A stretch of DNA of 58,326 nt from an uncultured Candidatus Saccharibacteria bacterium (GTDB lineage: Bacteria; Patescibacteriota; Minisyncoccia; Phycocordibacterales; UBA5272), in contig CAYGDA010000003.1 in the NCBI GenBank assembly GCA_964348515.1, positions 10,401 through 68,726 of the forward strand. The letters run 5' to 3'. The notes under the pieces were generated by a model. That model had not been told where the DNA came from. It saw only the letters and a program-made list of their open reading frames with translations, and ran no database searches. A program made the position numbers and the translations under genes. Each line of letters opens with the position of its first letter. The stretch's first letter is position 1. This document shows positions 47,075 to 55,811 of this stretch, piece by piece.

Positions 47075-47332
47075 ATGAGTATCGCAAGCGTAGAAGTAAA
47101 GAAAGGTCAAAACGAAAATCCGACAAGCGTTATACGCCGTTTTCAGAAACGCGTACAAGAGGCGGGTATTTTGCCAAAGGTGAGAAGCGGCCGCTACGAG
47201 AACCGCCCTCTCTCCAAACTGAAGGTAAAACGCGCCAAACTCCTCAAGTTAAAGCGCAAGAAGACTTACGAGACCCTTAAACGCCTCGGTAAATTAAAAC
47301 CTCAGGAACGCAGACGCTTCCAAAGACGATAA
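47075..47332 (+). CDS. rpsU: 30S ribosomal protein S21
   Basis: 85-aa basic protein with a ...IRRFQKRVQEAGIL...RYE pattern. Confidence 0.75.
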   Translation: MSIASVEVKKGQNENPTSVIRRFQKRVQEAGILPKVRSGRYENRPLSKLKVKRAKLLKLKRKKTYETLKRLGKLKPQERRRFQRR

Positions 47333-47338
47333 GCCATT

Positions 47339-47737
47339 ATGGCCGCATCCACCTTCTCGGTAACTAAGTTAGATAAAGGCAAGCTTCCGAGCTTGCCTTT
47401 TCGCTCGCTTAAAGAGCAGGTACTGGGAAAACGTTACGAACTGTCGCTCGTGTTCGCGGACGAAGAAACGAGCCGCAAACTCAACCGAAAATTCCGCAAA
47501 AAAAATAAGCCGACCAACGTACTTTCCTTTCCGCTATCCGATAATTCCGGTGAACTTTTTATGCATTTGGCTTCCATAAAGAAAGACTCCCCTCTTTTTG
47601 ACATGAAAGAGAAAGATTTTGTCCGATATATTTATGTTCACGGACTTCTCCACCTCAAAGGTCTGGATCACGGACCAAAAATGGAGTCTCTTGAGCGCCG
47701 TTTCTGTATCCCCGAAAAAAGGAAAATTTCTTCATAA
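47339..47737 (+). CDS. ybeY: rRNA maturation RNase YbeY
   Basis: HGLLHLKGLDH zinc-binding motif. Confidence 0.9.
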   Translation: MAASTFSVTKLDKGKLPSLPFRSLKEQVLGKRYELSLVFADEETSRKLNRKFRKKNKPTNVLSFPLSDNSGELFMHLASIKKDSPLFDMKEKDFVRYIYVHGLLHLKGLDHGPKMESLERRFCIPEKRKISS

Positions 47738-47763
47738 CCGCCGATTGTTGTTATAATAACGGG

Positions 47764-48921
47764 ATGAAAAAACGCGTCACAGCGGGTATTGATATAGGCA
47801 CGCATTCTGTGCGTGTTGTTGTGGCGGAATACAAACCTGACGAAGAATACCCGACCGTGCTTGGTATGGGACAGGCTCCATCGCAGGGTATGAGACACGG
47901 CTACATAATAAACACCGACGAAACGCGTGAGAGTATAAAAAAAGCCGTACGCGAAGCGGAAAAAACAAGCGGGCACAAAATAAACCGCATACTTCTTTCT
48001 TTGGCAGGCATAAGTCTGGAATCAAGAATCGTGAGCGGTACCACCGTGATTTCACGCGCCGACAACGAGGTGACTCATCTGGACATAAAAAAAGCGCGTC
48101 ATGCCGGCGAGCGGACAATGGAAGATATTTCCAACCGTAAAATAATACATTCCATCCCCGTACATTTCCGCCTGGACGGAAAGGAAGTGCTTGGACGCGC
48201 CACCGGGATGACGGGCTCAAAACTTGAAGTGATGACTCTTGTTATTTTGGCGCTGGAACAGCACCTGCAGGACTTGGTCGGCGCGGTAAGTTCGCTTGGC
48301 ATAGACATTGCTGATGTGGTGGCCGCCCCGCTTGCCGCGAGCCTGGTAAGCCTTTCAAAAAAACAAAAAAATGCCGGTTGTGTCCTTATAAATATAGGCG
48401 CCGAGACCGTTTCCATGATTGTTTACGAAAACGGAGTCCCGGTGCTTCTGCATGTATTCCCCATCGGCGGCACGGATATCACAAACGACATCGCTCTGGG
48501 TTTCAAGATTCCCCTTGAAGAAGCCGAGAATGTAAAAATCGGCCGCGACGGAGCCAATACATCAAAACGCAAACTCGATGAAATAATTGAAGCGCGACTC
48601 GCTGACATTTTTGAACTTGTTGACCTTGAACTTAAAAAAATACGCCGAAACAAACTTCTTCCGGCGGGAGCGATAATAACCGGCGGCGGTTCCCTTCTTC
48701 CGCAAATAGGAGACGTTGCAAGAAAAACTCTGGAATTGCCTTCAAGAGTTGAGACTCCCGACATCACTCACATCTCCAAAGGAAAAATCCGCGATTCACT
48801 GTGGTCTGTCGCCTATGGACTGACCCTACTTGATCAGGGAAACGAAAGTGATGAGGAAGACGGCTTTGGTGAAAAAATTTCGCGCTCCCTGAAAGATTTT
48901 TTACGCCAGTTTTTGCCCTAA
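47764..48921 (+). CDS. ftsA: cell division protein FtsA
   Basis: Actin-like ATPase motifs (GIDIGTHSVRVVV, ITGGGS). Confidence 0.9.
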   Translation: MKKRVTAGIDIGTHSVRVVVAEYKPDEEYPTVLGMGQAPSQGMRHGYIINTDETRESIKKAVREAEKTSGHKINRILLSLAGISLESRIVSGTTVISRADNEVTHLDIKKARHAGERTMEDISNRKIIHSIPVHFRLDGKEVLGRATGMTGSKLEVMTLVILALEQHLQDLVGAVSSLGIDIADVVAAPLAASLVSLSKKQKNAGCVLINIGAETVSMIVYENGVPVLLHVFPIGGTDITNDIALGFKIPLEEAENVKIGRDGANTSKRKLDEIIEARLADIFELVDLELKKIRRNKLLPAGAIITGGGSLLPQIGDVARKTLELPSRVETPDITHISKGKIRDSLWSVAYGLTLLDQGNESDEEDGFGEKISRSLKDFLRQFLP

Positions 48922-49027
48922 AAACCCTTACCCGGCCCGTAACCGCCCCCGAAGGGACACTCCTTGCGTTCTTTGCCCTTTCCGCTATATGATACGAAAA
49001 CCTTAACAGTAGCTAAGCGGAAAAACC

Positions 49028-50173
49028 ATGCCAAAAGTAAACCCTGAAATTGAAGCCTTCGCGCGTATTAAAGTAGTCGGAGTGGGCGGTTCCGGAAAAG
49101 GAGCCTTAAACCACATGATTAATTCCAAAGTCCGGGGAGTCGAGTTTATCGCCATGAACACGGACACCCAGGACCTCCATCACTGCCTCTCGGACAAAAA
49201 AGTCCATCTCGGAAAGAACCTGACCAAGGGACTCGGGGCCGGAATGAACCCGGAGACCGGCAAACGCGCGGCGGAAGAATCCCGTGAACAAATTCAGGAA
49301 GCTCTTAAACCGGCAGATATGGTTTTCATCGCCTGCGGCATGGGCGGAGGAACCGGAACCGGCGCTGCTCCAATAATCGCAAAGATTGCAAAAGAACAGG
49401 GAATACTCACCGTCGGAGTTACCACAAAACCGTTTTTCTTTGAAGGTCAGCAGCGCATGCGCATAGCTGAGCACGGACTTGAAGAATTGGAAAAAGAAGT
49501 TGACGCAATTATAGTTATACCTAACGACAAACTCCTTTCGGCGGTTGATAAGACCACGAGCGTAAAAGATGCTTTCGCTCTCTGCGATGAAGTGTTACGC
49601 CAGGCAGTGGAAGGAATCTCTGAGCTCATAACTTTGCCGGGAATCATAAACGTGGACTTTGCGGATATAAAAGCTGTTATGGCTGACGCCGGTACGGCGC
49701 TTATGGGCGTAGGCCGCGCCCAGGGTGAAAACCGTGCCACGGATGCCGCCCTTTCCGCAATAAATTCCCCGCTTCTTGATGTGTCTATCCACGGGGCAAA
49801 AGGTGTCCTCTTCGCCATTGCCGGCGGAGATGACATGTCCATGTTTGAAATACAGGAAGCCGCAAAAGTAATTACAGAATCTATTGATAAAGACGCCAAA
49901 GTTATATTCGGAGCCATACGCGATGAAAAACTCAAGAAAGACGAAATAAAAGTAACTGTGATTGCCACCGGATTCCCTCCTTCCGGAAAGAAAAATCTTT
50001 TTACCGGAACATTTAAGGAAGAGAAGGAAAAAGAAAAAAAAGACACGCACAGTCTGTTTACAAGCGAGGAACCGAAGAAAGTTGAAGTTAAAGACATGAC
50101 GGTGCCGAGCCTTGATGAAAACAACGACTGGGGAGCGGTTCCCGCGTTCCTGCGCCGCCCGAAGAAGCCGTAG
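49028..50173 (+). CDS. ftsZ: cell division protein FtsZ
   Basis: GGGTGTGAAP tubulin signature and NTD... Confidence 0.97.
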   Translation: MPKVNPEIEAFARIKVVGVGGSGKGALNHMINSKVRGVEFIAMNTDTQDLHHCLSDKKVHLGKNLTKGLGAGMNPETGKRAAEESREQIQEALKPADMVFIACGMGGGTGTGAAPIIAKIAKEQGILTVGVTTKPFFFEGQQRMRIAEHGLEELEKEVDAIIVIPNDKLLSAVDKTTSVKDAFALCDEVLRQAVEGISELITLPGIINVDFADIKAVMADAGTALMGVGRAQGENRATDAALSAINSPLLDVSIHGAKGVLFAIAGGDDMSMFEIQEAAKVITESIDKDAKVIFGAIRDEKLKKDEIKVTVIATGFPPSGKKNLFTGTFKEEKEKEKKDTHSLFTSEEPKKVEVKDMTVPSLDENNDWGAVPAFLRRPKKP

Positions 50174-50185
50174 ACATTTGAAACT

Positions 50186-50209
50186 AAACCGCCCCTTTCG
50201 GGGCGGTTT
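50186..50209 (+). terminator. intrinsic terminator
   Basis: AAACCGCCCC-tttc-GGGGCGGTTT. Confidence 0.75.
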
Positions 50210-50242
50210 CACTTTTTGGAGAACTCCTTATATAATCTGCAA

Positions 50243-51184
50243 ATGCAAAACGAACTATTTGATTTAATTATCGTCGGAGGCGGTCCGGCCGGATGTGCCG
50301 CAGCCGTATATGCCGCCCGCAAACGCCTGAAAACGCTCCTTATCGCGAGGGAGTTCGGCGGACAGTCAATTGTTTCTCCCGACATTAAAAACTGGATAGG
50401 CTCGCCTTCCATCTCCGGTTTTGACCTGGCGGAAAATCTTAAAAAACACGTTTTTGAATACACGGGCGAAAACGGAACGCTCACTGTCAAAGAAGGATAC
50501 GGCGCCAAATCAATAAAAAAAGAAAGTGAAAATTTTTCCGTTGAAACAGAGGATGGGATGAATTGGAACGGCAAAACAATTCTTGTTGCGGCCGGAAGTT
50601 CCAGAAGAAGGCTCAACATTCCCGGCGCAGACGAACACGAACACAAAGGTCTCACTTATTGCGCATCATGCGACGGTCCTTTGTTCGCGGGACAGGATTT
50701 GGCTGTTATAGGAGGAGGCAATGCCGGATTTGAATCCGCCGCCCAGCTTCTCGCTTACGCCAAAAGCGTTACTTTGATAAGCCGCTCTGAAAATTTAAAA
50801 GCAGACCCCATCACGGTTGAAAAAGTAAAAAAACACCCCAACTTCAAAATTCTGGTAAACGCGACCCCGACAGCAATAAAGGGCGATAAAACAGTAACTG
50901 GTCTTGCATACAAAGATGAAAAAACAGGTGAGGAAAAGGAAATCAATGTTACGGGAATATTCGCGGAAATAGGGCAAATTCCAAACACAGGTTTTGTGGA
51001 AGGGCTGGTTGAAATGGACCCTTACAAACGCATCAAAATTGACCACCGCTCACAAAAATCTTCCCTGCCGGGCATATGGGCCGCCGGGGACTGTTCCGAC
51101 GTTTTATATCACCAAAACAACATTGCCGCCGGGGACGCCGTGCGCGCCGTGGAAGATATTTATCTCTATCTGCACGCGAAATAA
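50243..51184 (+). CDS. trxB: thioredoxin-disulfide reductase
   Basis: DLIIVGGGPAG, redox-active CASCDG, GGGNAG. A TATAAT box ends only 6 nt before the ATG. Confidence 0.85.
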   Translation: MQNELFDLIIVGGGPAGCAAAVYAARKRLKTLLIAREFGGQSIVSPDIKNWIGSPSISGFDLAENLKKHVFEYTGENGTLTVKEGYGAKSIKKESENFSVETEDGMNWNGKTILVAAGSSRRRLNIPGADEHEHKGLTYCASCDGPLFAGQDLAVIGGGNAGFESAAQLLAYAKSVTLISRSENLKADPITVEKVKKHPNFKILVNATPTAIKGDKTVTGLAYKDEKTGEEKEINVTGIFAEIGQIPNTGFVEGLVEMDPYKRIKIDHRSQKSSLPGIWAAGDCSDVLYHQNNIAAGDAVRAVEDIYLYLHAK

Positions 51185-51191
51185 ATTTCAT

Positions 51192-51222
51192 AAAAAATAA
51201 AAGAAGAGGTCCTTACCTCTTC
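51192..51222 (-). terminator. intrinsic terminator for the 51260-51370 small gene
   Basis: GAAGAGGT-cctt-ACCTCTTC followed by a long T-run on the minus strand. Confidence 0.65.
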
Positions 51223-51259
51223 GTGTTCCTGTGGAATGCCTACGGCGCATTCAGGCCGG

Positions 51260-51370
51260 TTATTTCTTCCCCTTCTTGGGCTTTTTGATGCCCCACTTGT
51301 AGCTCCTGAACCGGCCGTTCTTGGCGCCTCCCTGGCACTGTTGTCCGTGGTGGGCTTTTCTTCTCGGCAT
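51260..51370 (-). CDS. 36-aa highly basic small protein (not in the ORF track)
   Basis: My translation is MPRRKAHHGQQCQGGAKNGRFRSYKWGIKKPKKGKK. A GGAGAGGGGGAG RBS lies 5 nt upstream, with its own terminator downstream. Confidence 0.5.
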   Translation of the reverse strand: MPRRKAHHGQQCQGGAKNGRFRSYKWGIKKPKKGKK

Positions 51371-51446
51371 GACTCTCCCCCTCTCCGTTGAAAAACTTTT
51401 ACTATTCTAGAATTTACTAAACTCGTACAACTTAGTCAATAAAAAA

Positions 51447-51854
51447 TTATTTAAATTTTTTGAAATACGAGCGCAACATCGCCCCCACGTGTTCCAATTC
51501 GTGTTCTTTCAATTTATATCCTACTCCTTTTATTATTTCTCCGGATTTATTAACCGGAATCAGATGGACGTGAAGATGCGGTACCCGAAAACCGTCAATG
51601 ATAAAAGCTGTTCTTTTTGATTTGAAAATATCCCTTAATGCCGTGGCCATCTTTTTTGCCACCTTGGCGATTTCTAAAAAATCTTTATCGTTCATATCCA
51701 AATATTTATCAACGTGTTTGCGCGGAATCAAAAGAGTATGCCCCTGTTTTATGGGTTCTTTGCTGAGAAAAGCGATAAATTTTTTATCCTGCCAGATAAT
51801 CTCGTGATGCGGTTTCCCTGTCTTTATTATTTTGCAAAATACGCAATTTTTCAT
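51447..51854 (-). CDS. HIT (histidine triad) family protein
   Basis: CVFCKII start and HLHVHLIP triad. The start was trimmed because the ORF-track N-terminus is tRNA-Glu. Confidence 0.85.
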   Translation of the reverse strand: MKNCVFCKIIKTGKPHHEIIWQDKKFIAFLSKEPIKQGHTLLIPRKHVDKYLDMNDKDFLEIAKVAKKMATALRDIFKSKRTAFIIDGFRVPHLHVHLIPVNKSGEIIKGVGYKLKEHELEHVGAMLRSYFKKFK

Positions 51855-51868
51855 TCTTTTTATGTATT

Positions 51869-51943
51869 TGGTGACCCTACCGGGAATCGAACCCGGATTT
51901 ACGCCTTGAAAGGGCGCTGTCCTAACCGTTAGACGATAGGGCC
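51869..51943 (-). tRNA. tRNA-Glu (anticodon UUC), CCA encoded
   Basis: Hand-folded. Anticodon loop CTTTCAA, T-loop TTCGATT. Confidence 0.9.
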
Positions 51944-52030
51944 GCTTAGCTAAACAGAACAGGCGTGATAGTACCATTTTTTGCCAAAAAATCAAAAAAT
52001 GCTATGCTTTTTCGGTATTCGTGACCGGAA

Positions 52031-52117
52031 GGAAGTGTGGCTGAGTGGTCGAAGGCACCTGACTCGAAATCAGGCGTGCGGGAAACTGCACCAGAGGTTC
52101 GAATCCTCTCACTTCCG
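52031..52117 (+). tRNA. tRNA-Ser (anticodon CGA)
   Basis: Hand-folded type II tRNA. Anticodon loop CTCGAAA, long variable arm, T-loop TTCGAAT. Confidence 0.9.
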
Positions 52118-52130
52118 CAAAATTGAGTAA

Positions 52131-53432
52131 ATGAAGAAACTTTCTGATATCAAAAACGAATATTCAAAGGCTATAAAGGTTGGGTGGTTTTTGGCGTTGC
52201 GCCAAATAAAACACTCCGGAAAAGGAACGACTGGGCTTATTATTTTCATAATGGTTCTAACTTTTCTAAATTTAGTTGTGGTATACGGTCTTCTTGTTGG
52301 ACTTATCGCCGGTTCATTCAAACAATTCAGTGAAAGCTACGCGGGTGACGTTATCATTACTTCTTCCCCGGGATGGAATTACATAGAGAATTCCTCTGCA
52401 ATCATCACTTTTTTGGAAAATAATCCTGACGTAGAAAATATTTCTCCGCGCTACGGGATAAATGTACAGCTTCTGGGTACATTAAACGATCTACCAAAAA
52501 AGAACGAGCGCACAAACAAGATAGGGATACGACTTACGGGGATAGACCCGGAAAAGGAGGAGGCCGTTACCCATTTCTCGCGCTTTATAAAAAAAGGCAC
52601 CATGCTTGAACAGGACACGGAGGGATACATCCTCATAGGATCAAACATGATAAAAAAATATTCCAGTTTCGCCGATGCCAACATACCCGGCCTTGATTTA
52701 TTGAAAGACGTGGATGTAGGAAGCCGTGTAAGAGTAAGCTTTTCGCTCAAAGACGGAAACATGGTGGCCAAAGACTTTATTGTGCGCGGAATAGTAAAAA
52801 GCAAAGTTGATGAAATATCAACCCGCGCGTTCATTTTAGACAAAGAACTGCGCAGAATGCTTCCGGTTAACCAAGGTGAGGTTCAGGAGATAGCCGTGAT
52901 AACAGCCCCTGGAATGGCTGAAAAAGTAGCAAGCGATGCTAAATCTTTCATGGGAGAGTACAGTGCCAGAATACAAACCGCGACAGAAGCAATCCCGTCG
53001 TTTTTGCGGAACATTGAAACCACAATGACCGTACTTGGCAATGCGCTTTCTTCCTTCGCTCTGGTAGTTGCTTCCATAACAATTTTCATCGTTATATTCA
53101 TAAACGCCGTCACCAAAAGAAAATCCATCGGTATTATGAAGGGCATAGGAATCAGTCCGCTGTCCGTACAATTTTCTTACGTATTCCAAGCTTTCTTTTA
53201 TGGAATAACGGGTTCAGCCATAGGTCTTTTCCTGACTTTCGGCATACTAAAACCATACTTTGACGCTAACCCCATAAACTTTCCTTTCTCCGACGGCATT
53301 TTAATAGCCACTCCGGAAATAGCGGCAGTCAGAGTTTTTATCCTTCTTATCGTCACTTTGATAGCGGGATACGTACCGGCGAAAATAATTATCCGTAAAA
53401 ATACACTGGACTCCATTTTGGGAAGAAATTAA
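52131..53432 (+). CDS. ABC transporter permease, FtsX/MacB-like (four TM helices with a large extracytoplasmic domain)
   Basis: 433-aa ORF with a TM1, large loop, three C-terminal TM helix topology. Confidence 0.75.
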   Translation: MKKLSDIKNEYSKAIKVGWFLALRQIKHSGKGTTGLIIFIMVLTFLNLVVVYGLLVGLIAGSFKQFSESYAGDVIITSSPGWNYIENSSAIITFLENNPDVENISPRYGINVQLLGTLNDLPKKNERTNKIGIRLTGIDPEKEEAVTHFSRFIKKGTMLEQDTEGYILIGSNMIKKYSSFADANIPGLDLLKDVDVGSRVRVSFSLKDGNMVAKDFIVRGIVKSKVDEISTRAFILDKELRRMLPVNQGEVQEIAVITAPGMAEKVASDAKSFMGEYSARIQTATEAIPSFLRNIETTMTVLGNALSSFALVVASITIFIVIFINAVTKRKSIGIMKGIGISPLSVQFSYVFQAFFYGITGSAIGLFLTFGILKPYFDANPINFPFSDGILIATPEIAAVRVFILLIVTLIAGYVPAKIIIRKNTLDSILGRN

Positions 53433-53433
53433 A

Positions 53434-54144
53434 ATGATACGCTCTGAAAAATTAGTAAAAAAATTCGGCGAAGGCGACTTGTCTCTCACGGTTCTCAAAG
53501 GAATAAACCTAGAGATAAAAGACGGGGAGTTTGTCGCCATTATAGGACCGTCAGGCGCCGGAAAATCAACCCTTCTTTATCAACTTTCACTCCTAGACGA
53601 ACCAACTGGCGGAGAAGTTTTCATCGGAGACATAAAAACGTCGAAGCTTACCCAGCAGGAAAAAACGCTTTTACGCCTCCACAAACTCGGATATGTGTTC
53701 CAGGACTACGCTCTTCTCCCCGAACTTACGGCCCTTGAAAATGTTGCTTTACCGATGCTTATGCAGGGATTTTCATTCGGCGACTCAAAGAAAAAAGCGA
53801 TTGACGCTCTCGCGCGTATCGGTCTTTCCGACAGAATGACAAATCTGCCGAGCGAACTCTCTGGAGGACAACAACAGCGCGTTTCTATAGCCCGCGCTAT
53901 AGTTCATTCCCCGCGGGTATTGTTTGCGGATGAACCGACAGCAAATTTGGATTCCGCAAGCGGCCGGCTCGTCATGGATGCCTTCGAAAATCTGCACAAA
54001 AAGGACGGGCAAACAATAATTATGATTACCCACGAAGAAGAGTACGCCAAGAGAGCAGAGCGCATAATTTCAATAAAAGACGGGATTATAATAGCGGATG
54101 AAAAAGACGGGAAAGAAACCGCTTTTGAACTTCTCCGGGGATAA
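53434..54144 (+). CDS. ABC transporter ATP-binding protein (MacB/LolD-type)
   Basis: GPSGAGKST Walker A, LSGGQQQRVSIARA signature, LFADEPT Walker B. Confidence 0.9.
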   Translation: MIRSEKLVKKFGEGDLSLTVLKGINLEIKDGEFVAIIGPSGAGKSTLLYQLSLLDEPTGGEVFIGDIKTSKLTQQEKTLLRLHKLGYVFQDYALLPELTALENVALPMLMQGFSFGDSKKKAIDALARIGLSDRMTNLPSELSGGQQQRVSIARAIVHSPRVLFADEPTANLDSASGRLVMDAFENLHKKDGQTIIMITHEEEYAKRAERIISIKDGIIIADEKDGKETAFELLRG

Positions 54145-54190
54145 AATTCCCAGTATAAAAAACAAAAGATAATAGATTATACTAAAGTTT

Positions 54191-54535
54191 ATGTATCCGT
54201 ATCCGGAAAAAGACAAGCAGGGTGAACTCATATTTCTGACTGACACTGAAGGGTCCGGGAAACCCCAAAGGGAACCGCCGCGCGTAAACCGCGCGCTTAT
54301 ACCCCAAACTTCAGCCAGCGGACAGTGGCTCATAAAACACTCAAGTGGTTTTGTGAAAGACGAAATACAGGCGGCCATCATACTTTCTTTGGTGGCAGCC
54401 GCTTTACTTACCGTCTCCTTTTATCTGTTTTCGGCTGTTCTCGACGGGCCGATTAAGGCACCCAAAGGGTTCGGCGGAAACATACCCAATGATCCTGTTT
54501 ATCAGAATCCCCCGCGTCCCGAAGACTTACGATGA
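54191..54535 (+). CDS. hypothetical single-pass membrane protein
   Basis: 114-aa ORF. Its stop overlaps the next ATG (ATGA). Confidence 0.4.
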   Translation: MYPYPEKDKQGELIFLTDTEGSGKPQREPPRVNRALIPQTSASGQWLIKHSSGFVKDEIQAAIILSLVAAALLTVSFYLFSAVLDGPIKAPKGFGGNIPNDPVYQNPPRPEDLR

Positions 54536-55071
54536 AAATGCGACCCTCAAATAAAAAATTGAATCAGCGGGGATTCACTCTGATAGAACTCCTCGTAGTC
54601 ATTTCCATAATAAGCGTACTCTCGGCCGTAGTTTTAACAACACTCACAAGCGCGCGCAACAAAGCCAGATACGCCAGAGCAAACGCGGAAATAAACGGAT
54701 TCATCAGAATGGCGATAATGGCCCAGGGGGAAGGCAGTAAGACTTTACTCCAAATAACCGGTAGTGGCTGCAGTGACTGCGCCTGCCGGAGCATCGGGGA
54801 CATAAAAAATATTTCATCGTCTCACGCATGCTACACCCAATGGGCAAGCGCCCTTACCAATATAAATACCGCCTCCAACGGAAATTACGCGGGACTCTTG
54901 GGAATGACCCGGGATCCATGGGGCAGTCCGTATCTCCTGGACGAAAACGAGCGTGAGAGCGGGCCTTCCGACTGCCGCAACGATACCATCCGCTCCGCCG
55001 GACCAAACGGCATTGCCTACGACGCCGATGATGTCGGTTATATAATTCCCTTAAGAAGCACCTGCCCGTAA
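54532..55071 (+). CDS. type IV pilin / pseudopilin-like protein
   Basis: Class III signal QRG-FTLIELLVVISIISVL. The C-terminal domain has four or more Cys. Confidence 0.85.
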   Translation: MKMRPSNKKLNQRGFTLIELLVVISIISVLSAVVLTTLTSARNKARYARANAEINGFIRMAIMAQGEGSKTLLQITGSGCSDCACRSIGDIKNISSSHACYTQWASALTNINTASNGNYAGLLGMTRDPWGSPYLLDENERESGPSDCRNDTIRSAGPNGIAYDADDVGYIIPLRSTCP

Positions 55072-55121
55072 AAGACGCGTATCTTTGATACAATCAGTCA
55101 TATAATTATTAAACAAAAAAA

Positions 55122-55556
55122 ATGATTACACTCGCACAATTTTGGCCGATACTTGCGGCCGCAGCGGCGGCTTTTTTATTCGGAGGATTTTGGTATTCGC
55201 AGACTCTTTTCGCCAGACCGTGGAATGAAGCCGTGGGAAGAACAGAAGCAGATATGCTGGAGATGAGTAAACACCAAAAACGCACTATGACGTACGGATT
55301 CTTGGCAACTGTTGCTCTCTCTTACGCCCTATATTCTGTCCTTAATTTTATCCAACCGTATACCCTTATCCAATCACTCCTAATCTCAACCTTAATATGT
55401 TTTGGATTCGTAATTGTAATTAAATTCAGCGACATGATTTTTGCCTCGCGCGAACCAAACTGGAGCCGCAAACCGCAGATGCTTTTTCTCATAGACAGCG
55501 GTTATTATCTGATTGCTTTCCTCATAATCACATCCGTTCTCTGGTGGTTGCGGTAA
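55122..55556 (+). CDS. DUF1761-like membrane protein
   Basis: Four TM helices and a GGFWYSQTLFARPW motif. Confidence 0.55.
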   Translation: MITLAQFWPILAAAAAAFLFGGFWYSQTLFARPWNEAVGRTEADMLEMSKHQKRTMTYGFLATVALSYALYSVLNFIQPYTLIQSLLISTLICFGFVIVIKFSDMIFASREPNWSRKPQMLFLIDSGYYLIAFLIITSVLWWLR

Positions 55557-55588
55557 GTCAAAATTTAGGATAATTTTAATAAGTTCTT

Positions 55589-55663
55589 GCGCTTTTAGCT
55601 CAGTGGTAGAGCGTCACATTGACATTGTGAAGGCCGGAAGTTCAATCCTTCCAAGGCGCACCA
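55589..55663 (+). tRNA. tRNA-Val (anticodon GAC), CCA encoded
   Basis: Hand-folded. Anticodon loop TTGACAT, T-loop TTCAATC. Confidence 0.9.
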
Positions 55664-55666
55664 TAT

Positions 55667-55692
55667 AAAAATCCACCCAATGGTGGATTTTT
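55667..55692 (+). terminator. intrinsic terminator after tRNA-Val
   Basis: AAAAATCCACC-caat-GGTGGATTTTT. Confidence 0.75.
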
Positions 55693-55811
55693 ATATGGTG
55701 CGCAACGCAGGCAATTTTGCGAAATCGTGTCGCGTACCGTCCATTAAAACGCGACCATGCGGAGCATGTTTGTCCCCAACAGTAATAAATGCTAGTTTTG
55801 AATATCAACCA

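Noticed and set aside
49447-50212. 225-aa and 205-aa minus-strand ORFs
   Set aside because: Both are antisense to ftsZ, which carries the tubulin signature. They are shadow ORFs.
50209-50655. 148-aa minus-strand ORF
   Set aside because: It is antisense to the 5' half of trxB, which has FAD and redox-Cys motifs. It is a shadow ORF.
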